Of a stretch of 64,000 nucleotides of DNA, positions 49,444-64,000 are shown piece by piece. The notes below the pieces were generated by a model that was not told the DNA's origin, made no database searches, and worked only from the letters and a program-made list of their open reading frames with translations. Position numbers and translations under genes: made by a program. This DNA comes from the human T2T-CHM13v2.0 reference genome, Homo sapiens. How positions within the stretch are numbered: the first letter of the stretch is position 1; every line of letters begins with the position of its first letter. The stretch is taken from assembly GCF_009914755.1 (NCBI RefSeq), contig NC_060933.1. One strand, given 5' to 3'.

Positions 49444-51874
49444 GGGTTCTAAATCACAGGTACTACTATTGGACTATGTAACAGTCATTCACTGTATGTA
49501 GTGTGGAAATTTATCATAATCTCCATGCTATGAAAAAAGAAAAAAGCCCAGATCTACCATGGATTATTGCATAGTGGCTCTGATTGACATTAGCATTAAC
49601 TGTTGAGAACCCTGAACTCCACAAATTCACCAATCAGGGTGAAAGTTTATAGTGGTCAGGTGAAGTTTTGCCCCCAAATTTGCCTCATAATCAGCCCAGT
49701 GAGATCTCCAATTCACCCTGTGTTTATTCTACCAGTTCCTAAGTATGCATTTGGAAAAGATAACAGCCACCAGCAGGATTATTTTACTGGTCCATCAGTT
49801 TCTGAAATAAGTACTAGTTTGGCAGGAAGGAGCAACCCAAAGCCTCTGGGGTCATTTCTTATTCAAACAGTTAATAAAAATTAATTGCATATCTCTAGGA
49901 AGGGTAAAACATTAGTACAGCCACCTAAGATTTTAAAAACCTAGGATGGTGATTCCTATTGCATCCTCATTTAATTGTCCATTTGGGTTAGTGAAGATAG
50001 CTGCTAAAGAGGGACACTAGATTAGCATATATTTAATTGATTGGTGATAACAGTTAGAGTTCCAGATGTGGTTTCTTTCCTGGAGCAAAAACTGTGTCCT
50101 CTGGTCAAAGTAAATAAATATTAACCTAACAGGTACTTTTGTTTTTTTTTTGTTCCATCCCAGATAAGAGCAGATTCACTTTGTTTTATCTGGTAGCAAG
50201 AGAGTACTTCTACCACCTTCCTTTATTGTTATATAGTAGATAGGGTACTTAGTTACATAATCATCCAAAAGGGCATAAACTTTTCTACTATTTGATGGCA
50301 TCATATTGCTAGTACCAAAGCAGCAAGGATTATATCCTAGATATCTAAATTTAATACATAGTGTTAGTACAAAATACAAGTATCTGCAATTTCAGTTATA
50401 TTTCTGCGGATCCACTAATCTTGGCTCCAGCAGGATAATACATTCCAAAATGAAGGCCACTTGTGCCTCTGCCATGAGATAACCATACAACCCCTGAGAC
50501 TTTTTTTTACATTTTGGATTCAATAAACAGTACATTTAGTTATATAGATATGATCCATTAATCAGTTACCTGAAAGGATGCCACTTTTGAAGAAGGCTCA
50601 GAGCAAAAGAAGGCTTTCTAACTTGTAAAGGTGGCAGTGCAAGAATCTCTGTTATTAAGAAGATACAGTGATGTACATTGTATTGTTGGCACACTGGAAT
50701 AGAGTATGCGGAAAGAAAGAAACTCCCAAATGAGAATTAAACTGGAGACAAATGGGGTTTGAAACAAATTCATGCCTTCTTTAGCAAGCAGCTCATCTTC
50801 TTTTGACAAATAGCTCTTGGCCTGCACTGGAATTTGACAGAGTCTGAGTATGAAAATACCTAATGACAGGACAGAAGATGACATTGTGACCATACCAAAG
50901 TAAGTATTTCCTGATCTACTTCATTCTGAAGGTCAGAGTGACCAGCACAGGACTTCATCATAACACAGGAGTGGAATCAACTGAAGGAATGAGATAAGCA
51001 GATGGCACACATTCTCAATCTTAGTGCCACCCTCCTGCCATATTGTAATCCCTTCTATAATAATCTTATGGAGAGTAGTCAATCATCATTCAGTGAGAAG
51101 AAAATGCTGGTGCCAGTTTTACAATAAGTGATGAATGATATTCTACCACTAGATGGAAATTACTCTTATAGAATTACACTATCAGTTTTCTTTGAAAGAC
51201 TATAAAAAGAGGCTAATTCTTCTAGTACAAGGAACTTTTAAAAGTGTATGTTACTGCTCACATCTTTCTGGAAGAGATGATGGCCTAAAGCAAAAATCTA
51301 CACTAAATCATGGGCAGAGCCCAATGGTTTGGACAAATGTTTAAGGAAATGGGAATATCAAGAGTCCAGGATTAGTAACAAGGCAGCTCGTGGAAGAAAC
51401 ATATGGAAGGACATCCTAGAGTAGCCCCAGAATGTGAGCATATGAGTGCTCCATGTACAAGTTAACTTAAGGCTTATTTGAATACTTCCAGAATGGAGGA
51501 AACTTTTAATATCATGTAGACAATATCAGGTAAACAAGACGATCTGCTCAGTGGATCTCAGAAGCTCTCATTCTCTAATCTCTGATGGGACTGCTGAATG
51601 GGCTCATTACCCACGTGGTCATAGTAGCAGTAACAGAGATTAATGCAAACCCTCAAAAATTTGAACTTTCTCTTACCAAATCTCACCTGACTACTACCAC
51701 TGATAAATGCCAAATTTGCCAATAATAGATATCAGCATTCTAGTTTATGGGGTGACTGAACTTAAAATTGTAGTTTATTGGGTGGTTGAACCTGAAAGTA
51801 ATATCAATCCTCTTCAAAGGATGCAGAGAGTAACATAGAGAAAAACTGTGTGCTTCTATGGAGCATTCTTTCAC

Positions 51875-52065
51875 ACAGCATAGACTACGTGGGTAAACAT
51901 CCTGGTTCCACTACTTACTACCTGTGTGAATTTGAGCAAGTTATATAAACTCTATAAAATAAGGAAGAAAACTTACCTATGTCTCAGGGTTGTTAAATGA
52001 CTTACTATATGTAAAACACTTAGAGCAGTGACAGATATATAGCAAATACCATGTAATGGTTCAAT
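51875..52065 (+). mobile_element. MIR inside the ERVL
   Basis: cctggttccactacttactacctgtgtgaatttgagcaagtta...aaaacacttagagcagtg. Confidence 0.7.
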
Positions 52066-52739
52066 AAATGGAAAACTACCATATCAAGAGGTAGATAAAT
52101 TAATAGATTATAACATGACTGTTATACCTCTTTCAAGATTGAATGTGTGGGGCGCACCAGTTGGTAAAAAGCCTCACCTATGTGTGGTATTAATTGAAGA
52201 TAAACATAAGTGAATGCATGAAAACTAATTATATCCTTATAGGTGCAGAAATGAGGTCTATAGTAGCTCTACATACATTCTTTTCCCTATGTTATGTGTA
52301 TTAGAGTAAATATTCACTTCACTTTCCCCAATGTTTAGCCAATTTTTGTGTATTAAGTATGTGTGTGGTGGTAAATTTTCAATGTAGCTCCCAGTTTGCA
52401 AGATAATGAGATGGATCATAATAAATGAGAAAAGAAATGGGCATCATCCAGGAATACCGTAGCTGACACTAGGTGAGTGATGAAAATATGGGACTATTCT
52501 TTTGAGAGGATGGTTTAATGAGAGATAGTTACAATATCTAACACAGGAGCAGTGATAAGAAAGATGGATGTAGCTATTGCATGGCTAATGTTCTAGAACC
52601 AATTGCATTTTAGTCAATAACCAAATTTTAGGTTCTCTTTTCCTTTTGGAAGCCTTCCCCATTGTATTAATCTTGATGGGAAGTAGGTCCAGTGTCGCAT
52701 ATAAAAGTCAAAAGGGCCATATAGCTGAAGATAGAGGGG

Positions 52740-55090
<2,351 letters not shown>

Positions 55091-55142
55091 TATTTAAACA
55101 TATATTGATATGCATTTTTAAACACACACACACACAAGTTGA

Positions 55143-55504
<362 letters not shown>

Positions 55505-55817
55505 TGTATTTTCTTATTTTTTCTAGTATATTACTTTTAAATTTAGTTAAGGAAAACACAAATTTAATCAGATTTGAAAAATAGACTTTGTTTTTTTCCA
55601 GTTGTTGAAACATTATCCTTCAGTCTTCAAGTTAAACTTTTTCAGAGGGTATAAAACAAAGTAAATACGTAAATGTGATTTGCCTAATAATGGCATGCCT
55701 GAGTTTATTCTTACATTATGTTTGGTCATTTCATTGGAGTAAGGAGCCAAAAGTAAAATAAAATTATAAAATTGTATTAGAAAAACAAAATAGTGAATCG
55801 GAAAGAAATGGGAAGGG

Positions 55818-56048
<231 letters not shown>

Positions 56049-56484
56049 TTATATTTCTTCCAATTTGGTTTGGTGATAAATATAAGGAGTTCAATTTTTA
56101 TATTCAGCAGATCCTGGGATCTGTACTGTTCTTAAATAGAGATGGACAATAAACTGTGAGTGATGGTGAATAAAGGACCACTGAGCTAGATCCAAACACC
56201 ATGCTTTAGCAGGAAGTTGTTGTGAGGGGAGCTGAAGCTGCACTGGATTTAGAGAAAATTATCTTTGTACAACAAAGTGTTTTTGTCTATTTTTCTTGTT
56301 AAATTTGAGCTGAATATATTTTAAAGGTTGCCTAAAATATTTACCAGTAAAAATATCTAAATTATTTTGCATCGTCGGAATCATACTGGGGGATAGGAGT
56401 AGTGGTAGTGGGGTTAACAGAAATAATAAGGGTACGTAATGTACATATTGGTATACATAAGTATAATACACACACAAAAAAGTT

Positions 56485-56725
56485 GAAGTGTAATGGGCTG
56501 ATGAATCACTGAGTCTTGCGTTTATTCATAATTTCTCTTACTAGCTATATAACTTGTGCAAGTTACTTTTTTTTCTAAGTCTTCTGTTCCTCATGTTAAA
56601 ATAAGCAAAATAACTATGTTACTCTTTGATTTGGGATAAGTAGTACATGAGATAATCCATGAAGAAAATGTATGCCAGTTCATGACAAAAAGTAGGAGTA
56701 CAATAAATTTTAGTTAGTATTATTT
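56485..56725 (+). mobile_element. MIR
   Basis: cttactagctatataacttgtgcaagttactt...gagataatccatg...caataaat. Confidence 0.6.
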
Positions 56726-58184
56726 TTACATATTTCTGTTATTAGAATATATACGCTAGAACATGGACCTAGCGATAGAACGGCCCTTAGAAAGCATTTG
56801 TTTCATTTCCTTTGCACCATTAAAGATGAAGTTGTTAGCACTGGAGATAGCAAGTAGTTACTTAAGGTTCACATATTTTTAGTGGTAAAACTAAAAATAG
56901 AATCTGACTTTCCTGAATCTTACCTTGTATTTTTCTCTATCTGGTATCTCTTGGCTTCTCAGATTTCTGTACAAATGCATAACCCATACACACATGCCAT
57001 AAGGACATTCATGTACCTTAGGTTAAATACTAGCATAAATATTTACACTGCATTTGTAAAATCTTAAGAAATATCTGTTGGATTTTTCTTCTTAGAATTG
57101 TTAGTTCCTTAAATATGTTGGAAAGTACACATAAGTACTCATGTTAAAAACATTTTTTTTTATCTTTGCTAGGACAAGGAAGTAGGATAAATATTTAATA
57201 TGTCTATGAACAACTATACATGTTTAATATTGGGAAAAATTGCTTATTTTTTCTGCTGAAATAGCTAAAGGAGGATATTTTTGGATGTATATATACATAT
57301 TTATACACTCATCTATATTTTAAATCATGAGTGAAAACTAAGAAGAATATTGAGAATTTATGCTTAAATTTTTTATTTTACAAGGCTTTTCAAGTCTGCT
57401 TCTTTGGAACCAACACACTTATGGTTGTCTTTTTAGATTAATTATGAAGGGCAATGATTCAAAACACAAAAAACTCAAAGTCTACTGAAGGAGAGCATTT
57501 TTTTTTTTTTTTTTTTTTTTGTCATGGACACCAAGAAGGAAAACTCTAGTATGGTGCTGTGTAGTAACACTGTAGGATTTTTCCATTTCATCTTTCCTAA
57601 GTGAAAAGTGGGATTAAATCCATGATAATATTGATAGCTATTAACCAAAGCTATTAATTCAAGTGGGCTTTAAGAAATAAATAAGAAGGAAGAAAGAGAG
57701 TGTGGGAGGGAAGAAAAAAGAAATATTTGGGAACAAAAAAGAGAGACTAGATGTCAGTATTAATTATAAAACTAGTATCGTTGTTAAAACCTGATATTCT
57801 GATTATGAAGAAAACTGTCCTTTAAGTAACATACCAGTTAAAAACTAATCAACTATCTAAAAAAGTTGTTTTTTTTTTTTTTCTTTTCCCCCCAGATCAT
57901 TGCTTCATTGGCTTTACCTTGGACAGGATTCATCAGTGTTGTGCTTCATACACCAGGTGGTGGCCCACACAGTCCACATGATGTGGAAGAAAAGGGAATG
58001 TCTTTTTACGTATTTTATTTGATCTTCAGTGGATTTTTTTTTGCATGTTTCATACTGAACATAATTAGAACAGTAGTACTTGTGATATTCTATAAGTAAA
58101 ATAATGTATCAGGGTACTCATGTAAAACTTTCTATACGGTTGTATATATAAGTTGTTTAGAGATCACTAGTCTACACTGTAAGG

Positions 58185-58401
58185 CAGGAGTTAGCAAACT
58201 ATGGCCCTTGGACCAATTCAACATCTAACACTTGTGTTCATAAATAAGGTTTTATTGGAACACAGCTATGTTTGAATATTTTCCATAAAGGATTTTGGGC
58301 TATAATGTCAGAGTTAAGTTGTTACAACAGAAACCTTATGGCTTCTAGACCTTCAAATATTTATTCCCTAGGCATTTACAGAAAAAGTCTGCTACTCACT
58401 G
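58185..58401 (+). mobile_element. MER58A (hAT-Charlie)
   Basis: cagg.gttagcaaactatggccc start; taaataaggttttattggaacacagc; tttacagaaaaagt.tgc...ctg end. Confidence 0.8.
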
Positions 58402-59327
58402 TTCTAAAGAGACAAGAATTCAGGTCAAAGTTGTTTGTAGACAAGGCGGAAATCATAATATCGCTTAGGGACTTGGTTCCGGGCTTTATAAATAGTTGTT
58501 ACACCTTGAAATTTTCTCAGCTAACAAAAAAAGGTGCAAATGTATCACATTTTTTTTTAGCCATAAATGCTAAGCACACTTTCTGTCTGTTTCTCAAATT
58601 AGGCCTTTTCTTTATTGCTAAAGGTTAATGACCTTGGCCAAGTTACTTATATACTCTAAACCTTAGTTTACCTATATAAGAAAATTAAAATAAATAATAT
58701 CTTATAAGGTTTTATAAGAATTATAATACCTGCATGTGTCCCAAATTTGCAAAATGAGCCCTCAGTAAATGATAAATGCCTCTCCACCCACACATTTTGA
58801 CAGGATATATCTCATGTAGGTTTGACTTTAATAAAAGTAACAGCAATAGATGAATATTTCTCGATCTTTGAAAACACATATATTAAACTTTGTTTATATA
58901 AATTGTATATCTAGAAAATCAACATAAGCAAAAATATGTATAAAAACAAGATATAAATTGCTGATTAAATAATATTAAAATGAAAACCGAAATTTAAATA
59001 GAGGTACAGGAAAACTGTGGCTGATCTTCAATGGTTGTTAACTGATTGATGGAATTTAGCTAGGATTTTAGCCAGTTATCTTATCGAATAGACCATGACA
59101 ACATGGCTCAGTTTGTGGGCTTAAGATTCATTGGGGAAGAGCTTCACTACATTTAATGGTTTTAATTAGAAACATATACCTATGTATATGTCTTCAAATA
59201 CAGGTGTTCTAGTGCTGTAGTTCCAGTGCCATAGGCTTCATTTCAACCATGTTCTTTGGGTACTTTAATGACTTTGGATTTTGTTAATAAAATCCTATAT
59301 TCTTAATGAAAGTAGCAATTGATTTTT

Positions 59328-59671
59328 TTCATTGTTTACTGCCTTAATTTTATTGTTTTTTGTCTAGCTTTCACTTTCTTGAATTAAAATTTTAATTGAC
59401 AAAGACTGAATATATTCAAGTTTAATGTGATTTTTATACACACACTTTCTGTAATAATTATCACAAACACATCCATCATCACCCATGCTGTACATTAGAT
59501 CATAATGCCACTAGACATCATGCTAAGTGAAATAAGCCAGAAACAGAAAGACTAATACTACATGATCTAATTTATATAGGAAACTTTAAAAAGTCAAACT
59601 CAAAGAAACAGAGTAGGATGATGGCTGCCCGGGCTGAGGTGTGGGGTAAATGAGATCTTGATCAAAGGGAA
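59328..59671 (-). mobile_element. Old L1MA (L1MA7-like) with 5' inversion and apparent 3' transduction
   Basis: Antisense 3' end about 59385-59500, sense piece about 59510-59674; 12-bp TSD CAATTGATTTTT at 59316-59327 and 59672-59683. Confidence 0.75.
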
Positions 59672-60210
59672 CAATTGATTTTTATCTTTATAATCCTAAT
59701 ATCTGCCTGGGTGCCTAGAAAATATTAAATTCCAAGTAAATATTTATAGCATAAACAAAAAATAAAAGGAATTGATATGACATATTAATTAGAAAAATAG
59801 GGGAGAAAGGACAAAATAGTCCCTCATAACTACGACAAATTACACCAATTAACAGTTATTAGCTTTATTTATTATTTATCTTTTAGTGATCAGTATTATA
59901 TTGTATAAATAAATCTCATTAACTAGAATTTGTTTAGGACACAAGTTCCTAGCAGAAAAATCCAGGAGTTTTAGAATACTTAAAACTTGTTATTGAGGTG
60001 AGCATCTGGAATGTTCAAAATTTAAAAAGTGTCAGAATTTGTGGCATTTTATTTTATAAACTGAAAAACAAATAAATAAAAGAAATTCCCAGGCTTGTTA
60101 GCACAGAAAACTTGTAACACAGACATTGTGTTATAACTTGGACGGTCTATTTTAAGTCTATATGCAAGTTACCAACTTTAAATATGTTTTTTAATAAACC
60201 ACTGAAATAC

Positions 60211-60400
60211 TGTATGTATATATATACTGCTATATATATATAGCTATATATATAGAGCAATATATATATATATTGCTCTATATATATAGCTATATATATA
60301 CTGCTATATATATTGCTCTATATATAGAGCAATATATATATATATTGCTGTATATATATAGCTATATATATACTGCTATATATATATATATATAGCAATA
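60211..60400. repeat. Palindromic AT-rich repeat
   Basis: (TA)n interrupted by GAGCAA, TTGCTC, AGCT and CTGC; perfect palindromes at 60233-60300 and 60305-60340. Confidence 0.93.
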
Positions 60401-63400
60401 GTGATCTTAACAATTCTATTTAGAAACCTATTTCAGTATTTTCAAAGAGAAAAGAGAGAAAGGGATATATTACAAAGTCAAAAATGCTTATCTGACATAA
60501 CTTGAATGATCTTCTCCACAAAAGACTTTGGCAGTGTCCATAAGGCACACATTTGAAGGCAAGGACCACCAGGGCATAGATTAGACCTAGTGATCTACAG
60601 AGGACACCCCTTAAGTGAATTATAGAAGCTCATGAGCATATACGTGTGTGTGTTTGAGGGTGAGGTGGGGGGCATCAATTCATGTTAAATTTGAGCTGTT
60701 TTCAATACCTAAGGACTTCTAATATGGCTAGAGACTCCAAATCATAGGGTCCTTCAGTTAGTGGTAATATTCAAAATCATGTCCTATTCTCTAAGATATG
60801 TTGGATTGAGGCAGGTCTAAACAATAAACTTGAGGTAGAAAGAATCTACCCATACTCGAAAAAAGTCCTCAGCAAGAGGACGTGAAATCAATCATATGAG
60901 AGAAAATCTAAAATGCTAAGCACAGACAAGACAAAGTAAATCATAATGTTAATTTTATGGACTCAGTATGCAAACCTGGCAATAGCTAGCAGAAGGCTGC
61001 AATTAAATAGCTAACTGGTTGTCAGTTATGGAGCTATTCCCAGCTCCATGTCCAGAGGAAGTTAATGACATACACCTGGAGCAGAGAAGGAGCAGAGTAA
61101 CTCAAAGAAAAAGCAACAGTTTGATGCTCTTCATTACCAACAACTGGGAGGAACTAAGGCGGGCAGGATATTAATCTACTTTTGTCTTGAGAAAGAGTAA
61201 TTCCTAGTGTTATACAAATTATGTAGCTAGGCATGGAAAGTAACTTTCTATTTTTAATATTAGCTATTTATCAGTTATCTAAACGTTAAATAGGTAATAT
61301 GCTTCCTCCCTCCCCAAGCAAGATATTTTATTTCTCCATTTAACATTGTATTGTTCTTACCCAAATCACCCCTAGATTGTAGATCTTTACACCTGTGCAT
61401 AAAGCACTGCAGCAAGGGATATTTCACAAACTCAGTACCCTACAGCATTCCCAATCAAAATTACTTGTCATCTCCAATGCTATGCTCAGTTTTCACAAAA
61501 TTTATCCAAAGTCTAGGTAAGAAATCAGACTTGTGACAAGTAAGCAACTTTCATATGAAGATACATAGCTACACTCTCGAGACTTTATCTTTAGAGAAAT
61601 TAAGCCCTTAAAACTACTATAAATAATTGTTTCTAAATATGTAAATCAAGTTATTATAAAATAAATTCTTTTCAGGTAACTTAGCTCATGAGAGTGAAAT
61701 TCTTTCAACATATAGCAATCATGGGTATCAAAACATGGTGTACATAAAGAGTTACCAGACGAGTTTGCAGCTAGGTGGACTATGTCAAGGAGTTCTGGTT
61801 TTGTATTGTGAAGACAGAGCATGGAAACTTATTTTTAAGAAAGCTACCAAGCTTGTTATTCTGCCAAACACCAACTAAACCAAATGAAAGAAAAATGAAA
61901 CTGAAAGGTATTAGTGCTGACACTGCTTGGACAGCATAAATGAAACATTGAGAGCTGGAGGAAGGAGGATTTCCTTTTGATTGACTAAAAACTGCCAAAA
62001 TCAACTTTGAAGGAAGTTATGTTTAAGCCCACAGGAGAATTAAAGAGAGTAGGGGATTATGATAAAGGTTTTATCTTGAACAGAACTGGAGTGACTGTAC
62101 TGTGATGTGTAAAACTAGCAGGGAGAATATCATGCCATAAAATATATATTTTTTTGAGTATGCCAGAAAAAAATAAAGCATCCAGACATTCAAGTAATTA
62201 GGTTTTTCTTCTGAATAGTTTTAGTTTTAAAATATTAAATTGCCAAGTAAAATTTTTCTTTAACTTAAATACTCTTAAGTAGAACGAATAACTAAATGTA
62301 GTTCTAAATGTCCTTTCAGAGTGGTTAAAATTAAGCCCTGTTTTTCTTTGTCCCTGTACATGATTAAAAATAAACAACCAAATCACATTTGGCTCTATAC
62401 CCCAAAAGTGATTACTTTGTTATTTTCACTTCAATGGGACACATACTATCATCCATAAGAAATTACTGATGTGTTCTATGGTATTTTGAAAATAAATACA
62501 ATGTATTTTTACTCATGAGTACCATCTGCAGGATTTCAAGCATGTCAAATATTTTGATACTTCAGGAAATTTTATACAATTGATGCTATATTTTTCCGAG
62601 AAATGACTTAAATGACTGATTATGAAATATCTACCCAGTTTAATTTGCACTAACTTTTGAAAATAACGTCCCTGTTCTCTGGACCTAATATGCACAGTCA
62701 CCCCACTTTTTCACCAATGCCCCCTAGGTTTGTCATATTCTTGCCACTTTACAGGAAAACAGAACAAACCTTACTAGTTAGCTAAGTACTCTCAACCCAT
62801 TATTCCATTCCTTCTGTTTCTGTGGTAGCTTTCCAGGCAGGGCCAAGTCTTCTTGTCATGCTGTTGCTCTTGACCAGGAAACCTAATTATCCCAGACTTA
62901 CCAGAACTATCTGGTGCCTGTGAAGTTATTTCGGAGCATTAAAAGAGGAGCTGGTAGGGCTGTCGGTGGAGCTGAGCCCTCAGGCTGGGAAATGAAAGTG
63001 CTTTGCCTTTCCACTGATCCAGCTGAGATACCTGCCTGTAGGTGATGTACATCACGCTTTTTAAAAAAGGCAGATCCACGTGATGAAGCTACATCCTGCT
63101 AGAACAGCCCCCAGCAAGAAGTGCCAGAAAACGAAAATCACACAAAGACAGTGGCAGTCCATGTGATTCACAAGCAGCATTGAAGACTTTTCTCATAAGA
63201 AAAGACTTGTGAATAAGTCAGATGAGCTGAGATGCCAAATTGAGAGCACTGGAAAGGGGGAAATCTTTAAAAGGGCCTCTAAACAGCTGTAACACGCTTC
63301 AGAGTTTTCTATTTTCTGTCTGATCTTTATACTGACCTCATGAATTAACCCATAGATTTTACATTGTAATTTTCAGAGGCACTAGCTGTAAAGCCACAGA

Positions 63401-63604
63401 TTCCCCAGTACTGCTTCTGTTATGTTCATTTATATCAACACATGTCCCCTTAATGCTATATCTTAGCTTGGGGGTTGTAAATAAAGAAACATGGCCACTA
63501 GACCATATGCTTCCTGAGGGCCAGAAATGCATTTCAAAAGTAGAATCAAAATCACGTAAAATGATGGTAAATGCTTAGATGTGTATAGAAAAGAACAAAT
63601 AGGG

Positions 63605-63800
63605 ATAATGACATTTATCCATTAATAAGCATTTACATGGCTTATTTCATTTAATTCTCATAACTCAAAAGGAAAGTGATGAGAAGACTGAGACTTTAAG
63701 AATTGAAGACCTTGTCCAATATGACAGCCTTTAAGTGGTAGATCCAAGCTTGAAACTCAAGCTTTCTACCCCAGAAAGCTGTGCCTTCAATCTATATTTT
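63605..63800 (-). mobile_element. MIR
   Basis: atttcatttaattctcataac...gatgagaagactgagactt...cttgtccaa. Confidence 0.65.
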
Positions 63801-64000
63801 CTATGTATTCAGTAACACATGTTAAAGAGATTTAGAAGAAAATATATCACACAAAATAGATAAATATCAAATATATCCTTACATCTTCATCATTTTAATA
63901 CAAAAACAATTTTCAAAAGTGTGCTCATGTAGACAGAACCCATTACAGCCTCATTTCCCTTTCTTGTAAGAAAAAAACTAATAGCTATTTGATCTTCAAG

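Larger units (their letters stand above)
46130..52739 (+). mobile_element. Highly decayed ERVL internal region (gag-pro-pol remnants) with nested insertions
   Basis: HERVL-like nucleotide motifs in order: gag (ggaatccaaaatg...ggaaatgttggag, about 47200), protease site GLLHSGS at 49561, RT (ttccagatgtggtttctt.c.tggagcaaa at 50060; degenerate YIDD region near 50290), purine tract before the 3' LTR. Confidence 0.7.

Noticed and set aside
57497-57520. Other long homopolymer runs (also about 2632-2648 and 25338-25361) as poly(A) retro-insertions
   Set aside because: No flanking duplication, unlike 12443-12487; slippage is sufficient
61665-61682. ttcttttcag|gtaac as a recursive splice site
   Set aside because: Short pyrimidine tract, imperfect donor and no evidence of a host intron

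Overview
AT-rich primate (almost certainly human) non-coding genomic DNA, roughly half of it recognisable interspersed repeats: about 14 Alus or Alu monomers, several L1s, ERV LTRs (MER31-, MER50-, MER48-, MER39-, MST-, MLT1-, MER11- and LTR33-like), a decayed ERVL provirus, and DNA transposons (Tigger1/2/4, Arthur1, MER58, piggyBac MER75). I recognise no cellular protein-coding exon. Every long ORF in the track is L1 ORF2, Alu, Tigger transposase or low-complexity sequence. I find no evidence for a new biological system. The best observations are retrotransposition fossils: four L1 insertions with twin-priming 5' inversions and intact TSDs (one also with an apparent 3' transduction), a poly(A)-only insertion with a TSD, and a retrocopied polyadenylated LTR fragment. 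Also notable are a Tigger2/Tigger1 deletion chimera, an ancient two-LTR ERVL provirus, a 68-bp perfect AT-rich palindrome, and candidate non-coding exons and a promoter. Family names come from my recall of consensus sequences, not from a database search, and boundaries of old elements are approximate.
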